Notes: generated by a model from the letters alone, not told the origin. Shown: positions 1 through 12,950, numbered from the stretch's first letter. The stretch is 63,040 bases of DNA from Carcharhinus longimanus (GCA_030264375.1 JASCQW010000190.1:22143512-22206551); one strand, 5' to 3'. A program made the numbers and translations.

Positions 1-732
1 TCATTACCTTGAACATTTCTGGTAAGTCTGACACCTTCCACATCCATACATTTTGCCATTATATGATGTCTCACAAATATGAAAGCTGCCCTTCAAATTG
101 TTCCATTTTTCTTTGTGCTTAATGGTTTAGCAACTGTGGCTTTTTCCATAAATACAGCAGATCCCCTTCATTACCATTGTTCCTCATCATAGCAATAATC
201 TTCTCTGTTCATCAACCAACTTTAGTTTATCCTTGTGAATGATTTCACTCACATTCATCAACCTTCTTCAGGTCAGAATTTCTGTCTGCAGTTTTTTCCA
301 CAGTACTTGGCTAAAACACATCATGTCTTTTAATGAGACAAAGAAAACATTGTCTCTTTTACCTGATTACCTCGCCTTAAGTTTTACCTTAGAAGACACA
401 ACTGACCATGGTCCTGACTAGTCTAACCAACAGGTACAACCAATTGCAGCCATCACTCTAAGAGCTAGTATTCTGCACAATACAAGAGCTCCTATTGACG
501 TGGAAACCATTGCCTGCTCAGAGAGAAATCAAAATATCATATAATGTTTGCATCTTCAATTATAATAATCTATGGAAACAAAATAAACTGAAATTTAAGC
601 TACTTTGTTTTAAAACAATGTCAAATAGGTCACAGGAAAAAGTCGTTCATCAGTGTACTGGTTTTGAGTTGTTTCTTTAAAACATGTTCAACACAAGAGT
701 GATTTAAAAGTGTTTTTAATCTCATAAATTTA

Positions 733-966
<234 letters not shown>

Positions 967-1414
967 TCAATTGAAAGCAAATTACTGTAAATAATTGATG
1001 GTGATTGATGAACATGCATTTTTTAAGATCTGCAGTTATTTCTCGGATCATTCCCTCTGTGTACCAAATTTCATTGAAATCTATTAGTTTTTGAGATGGG
1101 ACTGGCAGGGGAGGAAGATCTTGTTCATGGCCGCCCCCCTGCAAGCGAGAATGGACACTTTGTCGTTCCAGCCAGAAAGATGAGAAGTATAGAAGTGGCC
1201 AAGAAATTAATTCAAGGATGAATATAAGAGGTATGGGGAATACCTAAAGAGGAAGAGCTGTATGCTTTGAGTGGAAATTGAGAGCCAGAACAAAATGCAG
1301 GCCTGCTCCTTTAGAAAAATAGATTTTAAGTATTTAAAAAGGAACATGCGGAATTGTGTGAAGAGTGAGCATTGTACAGTGCATTGTTAAAAGTATTTTT
1401 TTATGATAACGCAA

Positions 1415-1513
1415 GCCAGAATTCTCTGGCCGTTCTCTGGTCCTACTTCAGTGAACAGAGATTTGGCTGAGTGTCAAACTCTCCATCCTCACTTGCAGCT
1501 GGAGAATTCCAGC
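1415..1513. mobile_element. Short MITE-like element
   Basis: Imperfect terminal inverted repeats GCCAGAATTCTC / GAGAATTCCAGC around a short GC-richer core. Confidence 0.4.
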
Positions 1514-1856
1514 CATGGCATATTGTCAAGTTTGATCAAGAGAAGCTTCACTTCCAAATCTGTTGAGCGCTTTATAATTCCAGAATTAACAGCTACTATT
1601 GCTTTCATAACAGGAATTCATAGTTTTGAATAACACAATTTTTTGATGCATCATCTCATCCTCTGTTCCACAATTCTATCATCTTCTAATTGAAACTTTA
1701 TGTGAGCATTTCTAATTTCTAAACCTCTTAACTTTAGCCCTAAACTACTAATTTTTAATTCTCAAATGCTGTCACCAATAAAAGGGTCTTTCTGGATCCA
1801 AATTTTCCATCATTAGTACCCTGTTATATCCCTCTTCTCTCTAGAGTAATGTATAT

Positions 1857-2790
1857 AAGAAATAAGAACAGAGGTCATCCATTTCGTCTGTGGAGCCTGC
1901 TCTGCCATTCAATAAGATCATGACTGATCTTGTACCTCAGCTACACTGCTTCAAATCCTATGATTCCCTTGCCATTTAAAACTACATCAATCTCTAACTT
2001 GAATATATCGACTGAGCATCCAAGCCCTTCAAAACCTTTTGAATGAAGAAATTTCTCCTCATCTCAACAATTGAGAGACTATGATCCTCTAGTTCTAATC
2101 TCCTCATCTAGGGGAACATTCTGCAAGCATCCACTTTGTCAAGACCCTTAAGAATTTTATATATTTCAATCAGATTGCATTTTTTTTTAAAATTCTAGGG
2201 AATGTAGGTTAAGTCTATTTAATCTCTCCACTTAAGTCAATCCCCATATTCCAGGAATCAGCCTAGTAAGTCTTCACTGTACTCCCTCCAAGGCAAGTAT
2301 ATCTGGTAAGGAGATCAAACTGTACACAGTACACCAGCTGTGGTTTCATCAATGTCCTACATAATTGTAGTTAGAACATAGAACATTACAGCGCAGAACA
2401 GGCCCTTCGGCCCACGATGTTGCGCTGACCAATTAAAAAAGCAATGANNNNNNNNNNNNNNNNNNNNNNNNNNNNNNNNNNNNNNNNNNNNNNNNNNNNN
2501 NNNNNNNNNNNNNNNNNNNNNNNNNNNNNNNNNNNNNNNNNNNNNNNACTCCCAACAGGGTGACCTCTCCTCTCCTATTTCTAATCTCAGCCCATACTAC
2601 CTCAACAGACAAGTCCTCATCAAAGTTAGACTCTTTATTCTTACGCCAGATTCCTCTGTAATAAATACCAACATATTATTTATTTTCCTAATTCCTTGCT
2701 GTACCTCCATGTTAACTTAGTGATCTGTGTACAAGGAAAGCCAAGTTTCTCAGAAACGTAACATTTCCCAGACTCGCACCATTTAAAAAT
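1857..2790 (-). mobile_element. Old CR1 LINE 3' portion with a younger CR1 nested at about 2372-2625 (gap inside)
   Basis: ATAAGAAATAAGAACAG..GAGCCTGCTCTGCCATTCAATAAGATCATG CR1 3' tail; nested (TAGAACA)n tail at 2372. Confidence 0.75.
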
Positions 2791-3822
2791 TATTCCGTTA
2801 TTTGCTTGGATAATCTTTCTTCATAACTCAGCTTGCTAAATTCAAGAAACTCACCTCCAGACTCCCTCCAACAATTTTTCATCTTTCCTGCAATATGGAG
2901 ATGATAACCAAACACAGGAATCCAGATTCAGCCTCACCTATGCAATCTCAACATCAGCTCAAATTTCTGACTCTATATTTCCAATGTGAATTTAATTTAT
3001 GGCCATCTGAGAGTGGTTGTGTGGTTTGGTATTGTCAAAGCCACTATTGCTACTGCCAGTATCAATTCTAATGGGCCTAGAGAAGTAGTAGTGTGAGACA
3101 AGTCAGTAATGTCTTCTGAAGTATTGCCATAAAAGCAAAGTGATCCATAAAGCAACTGGTCACATTCTGCCAACTTTAAATGACAGTGGCAAACAACTTT
3201 ACAACATTAACTGGCATTCACTTGATCAGAAGGCAAGTATTCGACTGTCAGATAAGAGAGAGTAAGAATAAGATTTAACCAATTTAAATTCAAAACTAGT
3301 AGGGTGAGAGATTGATCTAAATAAAATGTGCAACACATTTTACAAAGGGTTATAAAGTTCTAAAAGTGATATTTTAAATTTTAAAAAGGTGACATGCTTT
3401 TGGTACAGTCAAAGTGTTAATTTTTACAAGTGCTTTCATGAGACAAAATATAGCAGCTAAAGCCTTCAACTTTTTCCCAACAATTTGTTTGGCTTATTTT
3501 GTAAGTTTTTAAATGGATAGATTTTCTTTGGTGCTCATGCCTAAGGTTCTGAATTCTTTAACTGGCAATAAATTTTTGTCAATCCGAACAGTTAACTGTA
3601 AAGAGAAATACTGAAATATAACAAGTCAATGCATTACACAGAAGTGTTCTATGAAAGATGCATGCGCTACATTTGACATACAATGAGTCAACATCATTGC
3701 TCACTGTAGATCAAATGATAAGTTTTACAAAACCAAGATTTATTATACTGTGTAAGGTACAATTGTAAGGTTTCTAAGGCTACAAAGTGTTAAATAAATA
3801 CTGGATTAATTCAAATGCCTGT

Positions 3823-4136
3823 ATCATAGTATCCCTAGTGTAGAAGGAAGCCATTCAGCCCATTGAGCTTGCACTGACAGCAATCCCACCCAGGCCTTAT
3901 CGCTGTAACCCTATGTATTTACCCTGCCAATTCCCCTGACACTAAGGAGCAATTTAGCATGATCAACCAACCTAACTGGCACATCTTTGGACGATGGAGG
4001 GGAAACCAGAGCACTCAGAAAACCCATGCAGATACGGGGAAAATGTGCAAACTCCAGACAGTCACCCGAAGCCAGAATTGAACTCGGGTCCCTGATGCTG
4101 TGAGGCAGCAGTGCTAACTACTGTGCCACCATGCTG
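3823..4136 (-). mobile_element. HE1-like (V-SINE) tRNA-derived shark SINE
   Basis: Reverse complement starts with the tRNA-like head GGTGGCACAGTAGTTAGCACTGCTGCCTCACAG; matches other copies in the window. Confidence 0.85.
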
Positions 4137-4468
4137 TAACAAAAGTGAAGGTCTCTTGATCCTGTATTTGATATTCTTCAGAGCTCTCTCTCAAATATTT
4201 TCTTTAAGTATAAGACAGGAAGTTGAGTTTGACACCTAAAGCTTAACAGAGGATTGTGACAGACCAGACACATCCTCAATATAGAATAAAACTTTCATGT
4301 CCCTAAGCGTAACAGAAGAAGCAGTTTGATAGACTATATTTATAAAAAACAGCATTAAACAGTAATTTTCAAAATTTGACTTGTTTATAGTCTTCCTACT
4401 GCGGACTATAAAACATAACTCATAACTACAGATTTCTAAATTAAATTTGTATAAAAAAATTAGTTAAC

Positions 4469-4609
4469 CTCATGTACTCTTCCTTATTCTCTTCAATGAC
4501 CATAATATTTTCCCCATCTTTTTTTAGCTCATGGGTTGTAACTTTCCCCAATATTTCCATATCCTGTGCAAAATACAGCTCCAAGCCACACTCTTCCACA
4601 TTGTTCTCC
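4469..4609 (-). CDS. WWP2: WWP2 exon, HECT (141 nt; about exon 19)
   Basis: TTTGTCAG|G + ENNVEECGLELYFAQDMEILGKVTTHELKKDGENIMVIEENKEEYM + AG|GTTAAC. Confidence 0.95.
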
Positions 4610-4920
4610 CTGACAAAGAGAAAAATTAAATACATTAAAATAACATACTACATTTAGCTTAGCACAATCATCTGTACCATCCGGTCCTTAATTTAGCATT
4701 AATTTCAAGAAGCAATTACAAATTTATGCATCACTCCACCCTTCCAAACATAATTTCCTATACCAATGAAGAGTCTCACTGAAATACAAAATTAAAATGA
4801 TCAATCCCCGTAAACTCAGAGGGTTAACCATATATTAACATTGAAATAAATACTTGAGCAATTTTACAACCAAACACAATATGTAACTGGCCTGTAAGTT
4901 CAAATATTTAACAATTCTTA

Positions 4921-5055
<135 letters not shown>

Positions 5056-5289
5056 CTAGAAGCAAACAAAACAAACGGCCAAGTCAAAATAAGGTTTCAT
5101 ATTACAGCTCACTAAGAAATTCTGAGAAGGTTGGAAAAGGAACCCACCAGGATCTCTAGGTTCTCACAAGAAATAAGTGGAATAAATGCACCCACATCTT
5201 CCAATAGTACCTTTGAGATCCTCTCATGTGTCAGTCAAGTACTTAATATCATATGTAAGATCTCTGGTTAGTTGATGTATCAGTCATAG

Positions 5290-6535
5290 GATATAATTTC
5301 TAATGGATCAAGTTAAATTTTTTGAAGGGATAACAAATATAGGAAATAAAAGTGTCAATGAATGTTATTTATATGGACTTCCAGAAGGCAAAGTTCCACA
5401 AAAGAAACTGTTAAAAAAAATGAGTGTATGAAATTGGATGCAACCTATTGGCTTGCATAGGGAATTGATTAACAATTTAAAGACAAGTAGGGATAATGGG
5501 TATATAGTCAAATTGGAAATCTGTGATTAATGGTGTCTCCTAGAGATAAGTACTTGGACCTCAGCTTTTCATTCTGTTTATAAATGGTTTGAATGAAGGA
5601 AATGAGGCACGGCGATAAAGTTGCTGATAACACTAAGTCTTGCAGCACAGTGAATAAAGTAGGTAAATGGAAAAATTAAAAATGGACATTGCTAGATTAA
5701 GTGAGTGGGCAAAATTACATCTGGTGGACTTCAATGCAGGTATGTATGGCATCATCCACTTTGGACCCAAGAAAGATAGATTAATATATTTTCTAATTGG
5801 CGAGAAATGAGAAATTGTGAATGGGCACAGATTTAGAAGATCAAGTACAGAACCACTAAAACCTAGTAGACAAATAAAAATAATAATTGAAAAGCCTAAG
5901 ATCATGTTAGCCTTTATAAAAAGGATATCAAGGATTAGAAGTTACATACAGCTGTGCCGTACTCTGGATAAACCTCATCTAAAGTACTGCACTGAGTTCT
6001 GAAGACCACGCCTCAGGAAGGATATATTACTCTTGGAGTGGGGCAGCACATACCCAGTAGAATCCTCTATATTGAGAATTTGGGCAAAAAAAGTTAAATT
6101 ATGAGAGCAGAATGTAGAGTCCAGGCTTGTATTCCCTTGAATATAGAAGAACTAGGGGTGTTCCAATTGAAGTATTTAAGATGGTGAAAAGAGTTGACAG
6201 GTGAGATAAACTATTTCCTTTTATGGGAGAGTCCCAAACAATAGGATGTAAACTTCAAATCAGAACTTAATTTTATAGAGGGTGGGTTGCCCCAGAAATC
6301 ATTACTTCAGATAAAGAATACCGGAAATCTAGAATACACTTGCCCAAAAAGCTGCTGAGGCAAAGTCAATTCAAAATTATAAAACTGAAATTGGTATATT
6401 TTTATCAGGCAAGGGTAGAGGGAGTTATGGTACCAAGACTAAAGGATGGAATAGTGGTACAAATCTGTTGTGATCTCACAGAATAGCAGAACAAGCTCAA
6501 GGTGTTGCATGGTTCACTCTTGTTGCTATATTCCT
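5290..6535 (+). mobile_element. Decayed CR1 LINE (RT 3' half and tail)
   Basis: YMDFQKA-like, LGPQLF and LYRTLxRPHLxYC-like RT remnants (ORF 5817..6002) with many stops. Confidence 0.8.
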
Positions 6536-6553
6536 ACAACTAAAATAACTTGC

Positions 6554-6838
6554 ACTTATATCGATCTTTTGACACAATAAAACACTTCAAAACACATTCC
6601 TGTGTGTTATCATACAAAATTTAGCACAAAACCATACAAGGAAATATTAGAACAGGTGTTTGGTCAAAGTAGGTTTTAAGGAGCATCACAAAGGAAGCAT
6701 GAGATAGAGAGGGAGTAAAGTTTAAGAAGGAAATTCCACTAAAGGTACGGCCACCAGTGACAGTTGATTAAAATCGTGCGCTCAGAAGATGCCAGAATTG
6801 GAAGGCACTGAGATCTCAATGGTTTACAGGGCAGGAGG
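6554..6838. repeat. Arm 1 of a 285-bp inverted duplication (part of an old L2-like remnant at about 6545-7020)
   Basis: Reverse complement aligns without gaps to 7171-7455, with about 16 mismatches counted by eye. Confidence 0.92.
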
Positions 6839-7044
6839 AGTCATAGAGACAGAGAGGGCGGTGGTCATGGATGGATTTGAAAGCAATGAAGAGAATACAG
6901 TAAATGGCAGGATCCTTAAGAGTATTGATAGGCAACAGGATACAGGTACACAAATCACAGGTGCAGAAGGTAGCCAAGATGGCACGAGATGCTTGCCTTG
7001 ATCGGCCAGGGTACTGAGTTTAAAAATTGGCAAATCATGTTGCA

Positions 7045-7877
7045 GCTTCTAGGACCTTAGTTAGGCCGCACCTGGAATATAGAGTTCAATTCTGGTTGCC
7101 ACACTACCAGAAGGATATGGAGACTTTGGAGAGGGTGCATAAAAGACTTACCAGGATGTTGCTTGGTATGCCTCCTGCCCTGTAAACCATTGTGATCTCT
7201 GTGCCTTCCAATTCTGGCATCTTCTGAGCGCACGATTTTAATCAACTGTCACTGATGGCCATTACTTTAGTGGAATTTCCTCCTTAAACTTGACTCCCTC
7301 TCTATCTCATGTTTCCTTTGTGATGCTCCTTAAAACCGACTTTGACCAAACACCTGTTCTAATATTTCCTTGTATGGCTTTGTGTTAAATTTTGTTTGAT
7401 AACACACAGGAATGTGTTTTGAAGTGTTTTATTATGTTAAAAGATCAATATAAGTTGGAGATACTTGGTTTCTTCTCACTGGAATGACAGAGGTTGAGGG
7501 GCGACCTGATAGGTCAATAAGATTATGAGAGGCGTGGACAGAGTGGATAGTCAGAAGCTTTTTCCCAGAGTGGAAGAGTCAATTACTAGGGGGCACAGGT
7601 TTAAGGTGCGAGGAGCAAGGTTTAAAGGAGATGTACAAGGCAGACTTTTTTTTTTACACAGAGGGTGGTGGGTGCCTGGAATTCGTTGCCGGGGAAGTAG
7701 TGGAAGCAGATATGGTAGTGACTTTTAAGGGGCATCTTGACAAATACATGAATAGGATGGGAATAGACGGATATGGTCCCCGGAAGGGTAGGGAGTTTTA
7801 GTTCAGTCGGGCAGCATGGTCAGTGCAGGTTGGAGAGCCGAAAGGCCTGTTCTTGTGCTGTAATTTTCTTTGTTCTA
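7045..7877 (+). mobile_element. CR1 LINE 3' end (interrupted by the inverted duplication)
   Basis: LVRPHLEY..QFW.PHYQKD and MRGVDRVDSQKLFPRVEESITRGHRFKVRG (ORF 7525..7728); same subfamily tail as 47553-47820. Confidence 0.88.
7171..7455. repeat. Arm 2 of the 285-bp inverted duplication, inserted inside a CR1 LINE
   Basis: Interrupts CR1 between ...GGATGTTGCTTGGTATG and TGGAGATACTTGGTTTC... Confidence 0.92.
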
Positions 7878-8014
7878 ATAATAAAGTTGAGGCTTCAATA
7901 TTTTCTTGAGGAGGAAAGAAGAGGGAGGAGAAGCAGAAAGAGAACTGACTAGTTCCTTGTTGATAATGTACATTAATTTTCACAATGCACATGTTGGAGG
8001 TCCACATTTAAGCT

Positions 8015-8408
8015 CCACCATAGCTCAGGAGGTATCACTTTCACTTCTCAGTAAGAAGATTGTGGGTTCAAGTCCCATTCCTGAGCACACAATCGGTGAG
8101 GCACTGCAGTCCTGAGGTAGTGATGTACTACTGTCCGTGGTGCTATCTTTTGAACAAAATGTTAAACTGATGCCATGTTGATCCCCTCTGTGGACCTAGA
8201 AGATCCATGGCAGCATCAGAAGTAGTCTTCCTATTATCCTGGCCTATATTTATTTATCAACTAAAAAATAAATTATTTGACTATGCTCTGCAGAAATTTC
8301 CCTCTTTTCTTTATGTTACAACAGTTCTTCCAAAGTACTACGCTGCTTCTGAAGTGCTTTGGTGCTTGCTTAGATTGTGAAAGCATTATAGAAACACAGA
8401 TTCTTTTT
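8015..8408 (+). mobile_element. DeuSINE (SacSINE1-like), decayed
   Basis: tRNA-like head TAGCTCAG..GGTTCAAGTCCCA, Deu-domain-like AAGATCCATGGCA, tail GAAGTGCTTTGG..GTGAAAG..TATAGAAA; antisense match to 57361-57784. Confidence 0.65.
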
Positions 8409-8589
8409 TCCAAGTATCCCTGGCAGTCTTGCATTCAAATTGGCAGAAGTGGAACTTCGGTTATGCAAATACCAAAATTTACAAGTTACAAATCTCAAAT
8501 TGAATTCCCAAACACCATTTTAATACAACATGGAACATGTCACTTTGGAAATGACTGAGGTATTTAGAATGCATGCAGATAACATTCTA

Positions 8590-8829
<240 letters not shown>

Positions 8830-9509
8830 TTAAATTCTCTGAATAATCAAAACGCAACTTGTATTTATTGTTCAAACATTATGCATTTAAAAGAAGCAGA
8901 TGTTTCACCATTCCACTGGTCCTTCTGCAGCCAAGAAATCACAACCTCCTCTCCAACTTCTGATGAACAATGGAGATAAACAGGCATTTCCCAAGCAGTG
9001 GGTCACCTCCATGGTTTTATTCAGAAGTTATCATATGCATTATACTGACAATTGTATCATCAATTTTCAGAGAATCACAGAATCATTAGCATTCAACAAG
9101 CAACTATTTGGTCTATCGAGGCCATGTTGATTCCATGTGGAGCAATCCATTCACTCCTATTCCCCTGCTATATCTCTGCAGCTCTGCAAGTTTATATCCC
9201 TCTAAGGACCCATCCGATTTCCTTCTGCCACTTGTCACTTAACAGCCCAAGCGTGGACATCATCCGGAGTGGGGGATTCATGAATCCTCAGATACTGAAG
9301 TCATCTGTGTTTGCATGCAGCAAGACCCCAACAATAAGTCTCTTGGATTGATAAGTGGCAAGAAATATTTGCAGCACACAAGTAGCAGGTGATGACAATT
9401 TCCAACAAGATAAATTCTAACCACCTTCTCTTGCCATTCAATTGCAACAACAAGGCTAAAACCCAACCACCAAAATCCTGGGGCAGAAGGGATAGATTCA
9501 CCACTGACC

Positions 9510-10175
9510 GGGAAAGTTAACTGAACTAGTCATGCAAATACTACGACAGCAGGTCAGAGGTTGGGAATTCTGCACTGAGTGGTTATCTTCTGACTCCCAT
9601 AGCTTCTCTACAAAGCACAAGTCAGAATTGATCTTCATTTGATTGGATGAGTGCAGGTCCAACAACACTCAATGGTGGCCATGACGAGGAGGTCCTTGTG
9701 TTCGACTGGGGTGGACAAGATGAAAAGACACACACCACCAGGTTATAGTCCAACAGGTTTAATCAAAATCACAAGCTTTCAGAGTGATGCTCCTTCATCA
9801 GATGAAGTATTACCTTCACCTGACGAAGGAACAGCGCTCTGAAAGCTTGTGATTTCAAATAACCTGTTGGACTACAACTTGGAGTTGTGTGACTTCTCAT
9901 CTTAGCAACTCTCAAGGAGCTCAACTCCATCCAGGACAAAGCAGTCCACTTGCTTGGCACTCCATTCAGCACTTTCAATACATCTACAAGATGCACTGCA
10001 GCAAGTCTCCAAGTCTCCTTCGCATTCCAAACCTGTGACCTCTAACAATGAGAAGAACAAGGACAACAGATGCATGGGAACACCACCATCTACAAATCTG
10101 ACCCAAGACACACTCCAATGGGCAATAAATGCTGCCATTGCCAGCAATGCTCACATCTCAAGAAGAAATAAAAGC
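9510..10175 (+). mobile_element. Decayed CR1/L2-group LINE 3' end, interrupted by a Penelope-derived palindrome
   Basis: CCATCCAGGACAAAGCAG..TTGGCAC and 3' end ATGGGCAATAAATGCTG; the same family lies antisense at 37735-38420. Confidence 0.6.
9700..9905. mobile_element. Palindromic Penelope-derived non-autonomous element with two minimal hammerhead ribozyme motifs
   Basis: Inverted arms CCAGGTTATAGTCCAACAGGTT / AACCTGTTGGACTACAACTTGG; CTGANGA..GAAA cores on both strands (9769-9805 minus, 9816-9852 plus). Confidence 0.75.
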
Positions 10176-11100
10176 TGAAACATCAAATATTTCCCAATTA
10201 GGTACCCATACTTACCTGCAGAGTCTCTCTGCTTCAAGAATACACTGAAGCTCTTAGCACAGAAAAGCACAAGTACTGAACAAATGTGATATTTCCCAGT
10301 TTGCATACCCCTATGCTTTCTCCAAGTCAAACAGAATTAATGATCAAATTAGGATAATTTTTGTGTTAGGAACTCAGTGCCCAAATTCAATTCACATGGG
10401 ACATTTGTAACCGGCAGACAAAACAGACTTTTATCCCATTACTCTGATTGGGACATGACCTAGTACTCAGACTCCACAACTCACCAAGTCACGTGTTTTT
10501 ATTGTGTTGAATTTTATTGAAATTAACTCAGGTTTAACATTGGTGACTGACTTCATTGGTGTACCTATTTACTGTCTCACTTGTCTGCAGAGTTCCCTCA
10601 CACATGATCAAATTTTCTAACTCAGCTACATCACAGGGGAACAATATAAAGGAAGGGAAAGAAGATCAGAGATTTCACAACCTAGACTGTTCTTGGATGT
10701 CCAATAGGAATGTCAATACAGAACACTAACAGAGGAATGGGAACAGGACACCTTAACATCTGCAATAGGTGCATAATTAGTATGAAGTATGAAGTATAAA
10801 ACCACAAGCAAAATCAGAATTACTTGTTTTTTTTAAAATATCATCAAATCTAAAAGCTACTTTGATTGCAACAAAGATCATCTTTAAGTTTAAATTTAAC
10901 AGAAACATGGTATACTGCATTGTTGAGTCCACCTAGTCTCCAGATTAAAAAAAGATTTCTCTGGAATCAAGTTATACTTATAATCATTATGTAGCTATCA
11001 ACTGAACATAGTTTCAGCTAATATATCGAGCACAAAAATTTACAGAAGAAGGAAGAAGCTCGGCACAGAGACAAATGGTTTCCACTGATGCAGGAAGATT

Positions 11101-11186
11101 CTCAGCAGCCTGTCCGTGGTTCTACCCTGTGGTAGAACAGCATGACGTAACCTACCATAGGGTAAAACCACTGGTAGGTCACAGAG
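11101..11186 (-). ncRNA. MIR140: microRNA miR-140 precursor hairpin (5p 11152-11173; 3p about 11112-11134)
   Basis: Minus strand reads CAGTGGTTTTACCCTATGGTAG (5p) - GTTACGTCATGCTGTTC loop - TACCACAGGGTAGAACCACGGAC (3p). Arms are complementary, with a lower stem CTC..CCT/AGG..GAG. Lies in the WWP2 intron equivalent to mammalian intron 16. Confidence 0.98.
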
Positions 11187-11949
11187 TGAAAAGGGCTACA
11201 GGAAGTGACGATGGAGACTCGAAGTACAAACACTTCATCCACCAAAAAATGGTAATATTGCAAATCAACATTCTCATACAAAGGGTAACATGAAACAACA
11301 GAAACTTATCTAGCAGTTGACATGAAAAGCTGCACTGTTCTAAAAGGCATACAGTAATGATATCAACAAAAATCAATTTTTAGTGGCCATTTCATTTTGG
11401 AAATTTTAAACACATGTATTTCAGAATAACAACCACACTGAGTAAATCAAAATTTTAATTATCAACTACGACTTCTCATGAAGATTTTAAAAATGTTTAA
11501 TGCACCCAAACCAACTGCTCAAGTTCAGCATGCATTTTTACATCAAATACTAAACGTACTGCATATAATTAATATAGTTTGCATTCAAAGCTAATGCACA
11601 TCATGTCTTAGACCAAATATAGACACTAAAATTTGTCATTAATCATTTTCTTTTATCAGTTAGGTGTGTGTGGTTATATATTGAAAACAGTTTTCTTTAT
11701 TGCATTATCAGACACCAACATTTGCCAAATATTCTTGTATGGTGCTTGAAGTTAACTTTCATCAGTTATTATGTCAAATACCTACCATTTTCCAATTATT
11801 TAAATGCGTATCTCACGCTGTCCTATAGCTGCACATGCAATTTAAGAACTGGTAGAAATCTGCAAAATTGTACATTGATTTTTCTGAAATCTGCACAACT
11901 CTCTATGCATAGAAAAATCATTGCATACAAATATTGTGATTAAATTTAC

Positions 11950-12950
11950 TGTTTGCAAGACCAATGGAAAAATGTGTGCAAGCTGTGGTCTGCACTGATT
12001 TTGGTTTGAAAGCCTGTCTTTCTGAGACTGTTCCTAACTGAAGGAGAAACCAAAGCTTCAAGTTTGCAGCATTGGATTGCTGGCTATTGCATCAGACTTC
12101 TGGGGAGTCAGCTTGCCAGGTGAAAGAAGTTGGATTGGAAAAAAAACACAAAGTTCTCAGAGATCAGATTTCAGCAGGAGGTCAAGACAGGCAGGCTGTA
12201 AGGAACTGTGTCTGTGAGAGAGCTGATACAGCTGAAGATTGTTGTGAATCAGGCTGAGGAGGTTCTGCAGAACTAAGCCATTTTGGTGACGATTGTATTC
12301 ATGGAACTCATATGGAGTAAAGCTGTTGTTGGAAGTAACCAACCCACGCATTTAGAAAAGAAGTTTAACTCGATCTGAGGAAGACAGAGTTGCGAAGGAC
12401 TTTGTGGCTGCACACGGTGCCATGTATTAAGGGGACTGCCTTATGAGATCTTTTTTGTTGTATCAGTTATTTAAAGTGTAATTTCTTGAAGTTTATTTAT
12501 AAGTCACAAGTAGGCTTACATTAACACTACAATGAAGTTACTATGAAAATCTCCTAGTCGCCACACTTGGCGCCTGTTAAGTATACTGAGGGAGAATTTA
12601 GCATGGCCAAGGCACCTAACCAGCCTGTGTTTCGAACTGTGGGAGGAAACCCACACAGACATGGGGAGAACGTGTAGACTCCGCAGACAGTGACCCAACC
12701 TGGGAATCAAACCCAGGTCCCTGGTGCTTGAGGCAGCAGAGTTAACCATTGTGCCAACATTAGTTTATATTGAAAAAAATTATCCTGTTAGTTCATGTCT
12801 AATTTATGTTGATTTTGGTTTGATTGTTAAAATTGTACAAAGTGAAATCTTTCCCATCTGTTTCTTCCATTGCGGATGTTTGATAAGTTTGATTCTTTTA
12901 AGATTATTGGTCTCCATGGTAATCAAATAAACCAGCGATTTGATCCAACT
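11950..12950 (+). mobile_element. Probable decayed solo LTR with a SINE inserted at about 12489-12756
   Basis: Purine/G-rich 5' part and T-rich 3' part ending GTGAAATCTT..., resembling LTR remnants; same layout as 42740-43630. Confidence 0.35.
12489..12756 (-). mobile_element. HE1-related SINE with alternative 3' tail
   Basis: Same tRNA head/V-domain as HE1 copies, but tail GTTTATTTATAAGTCACAAGTAGGCTTACATTAACAC. Confidence 0.8.
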
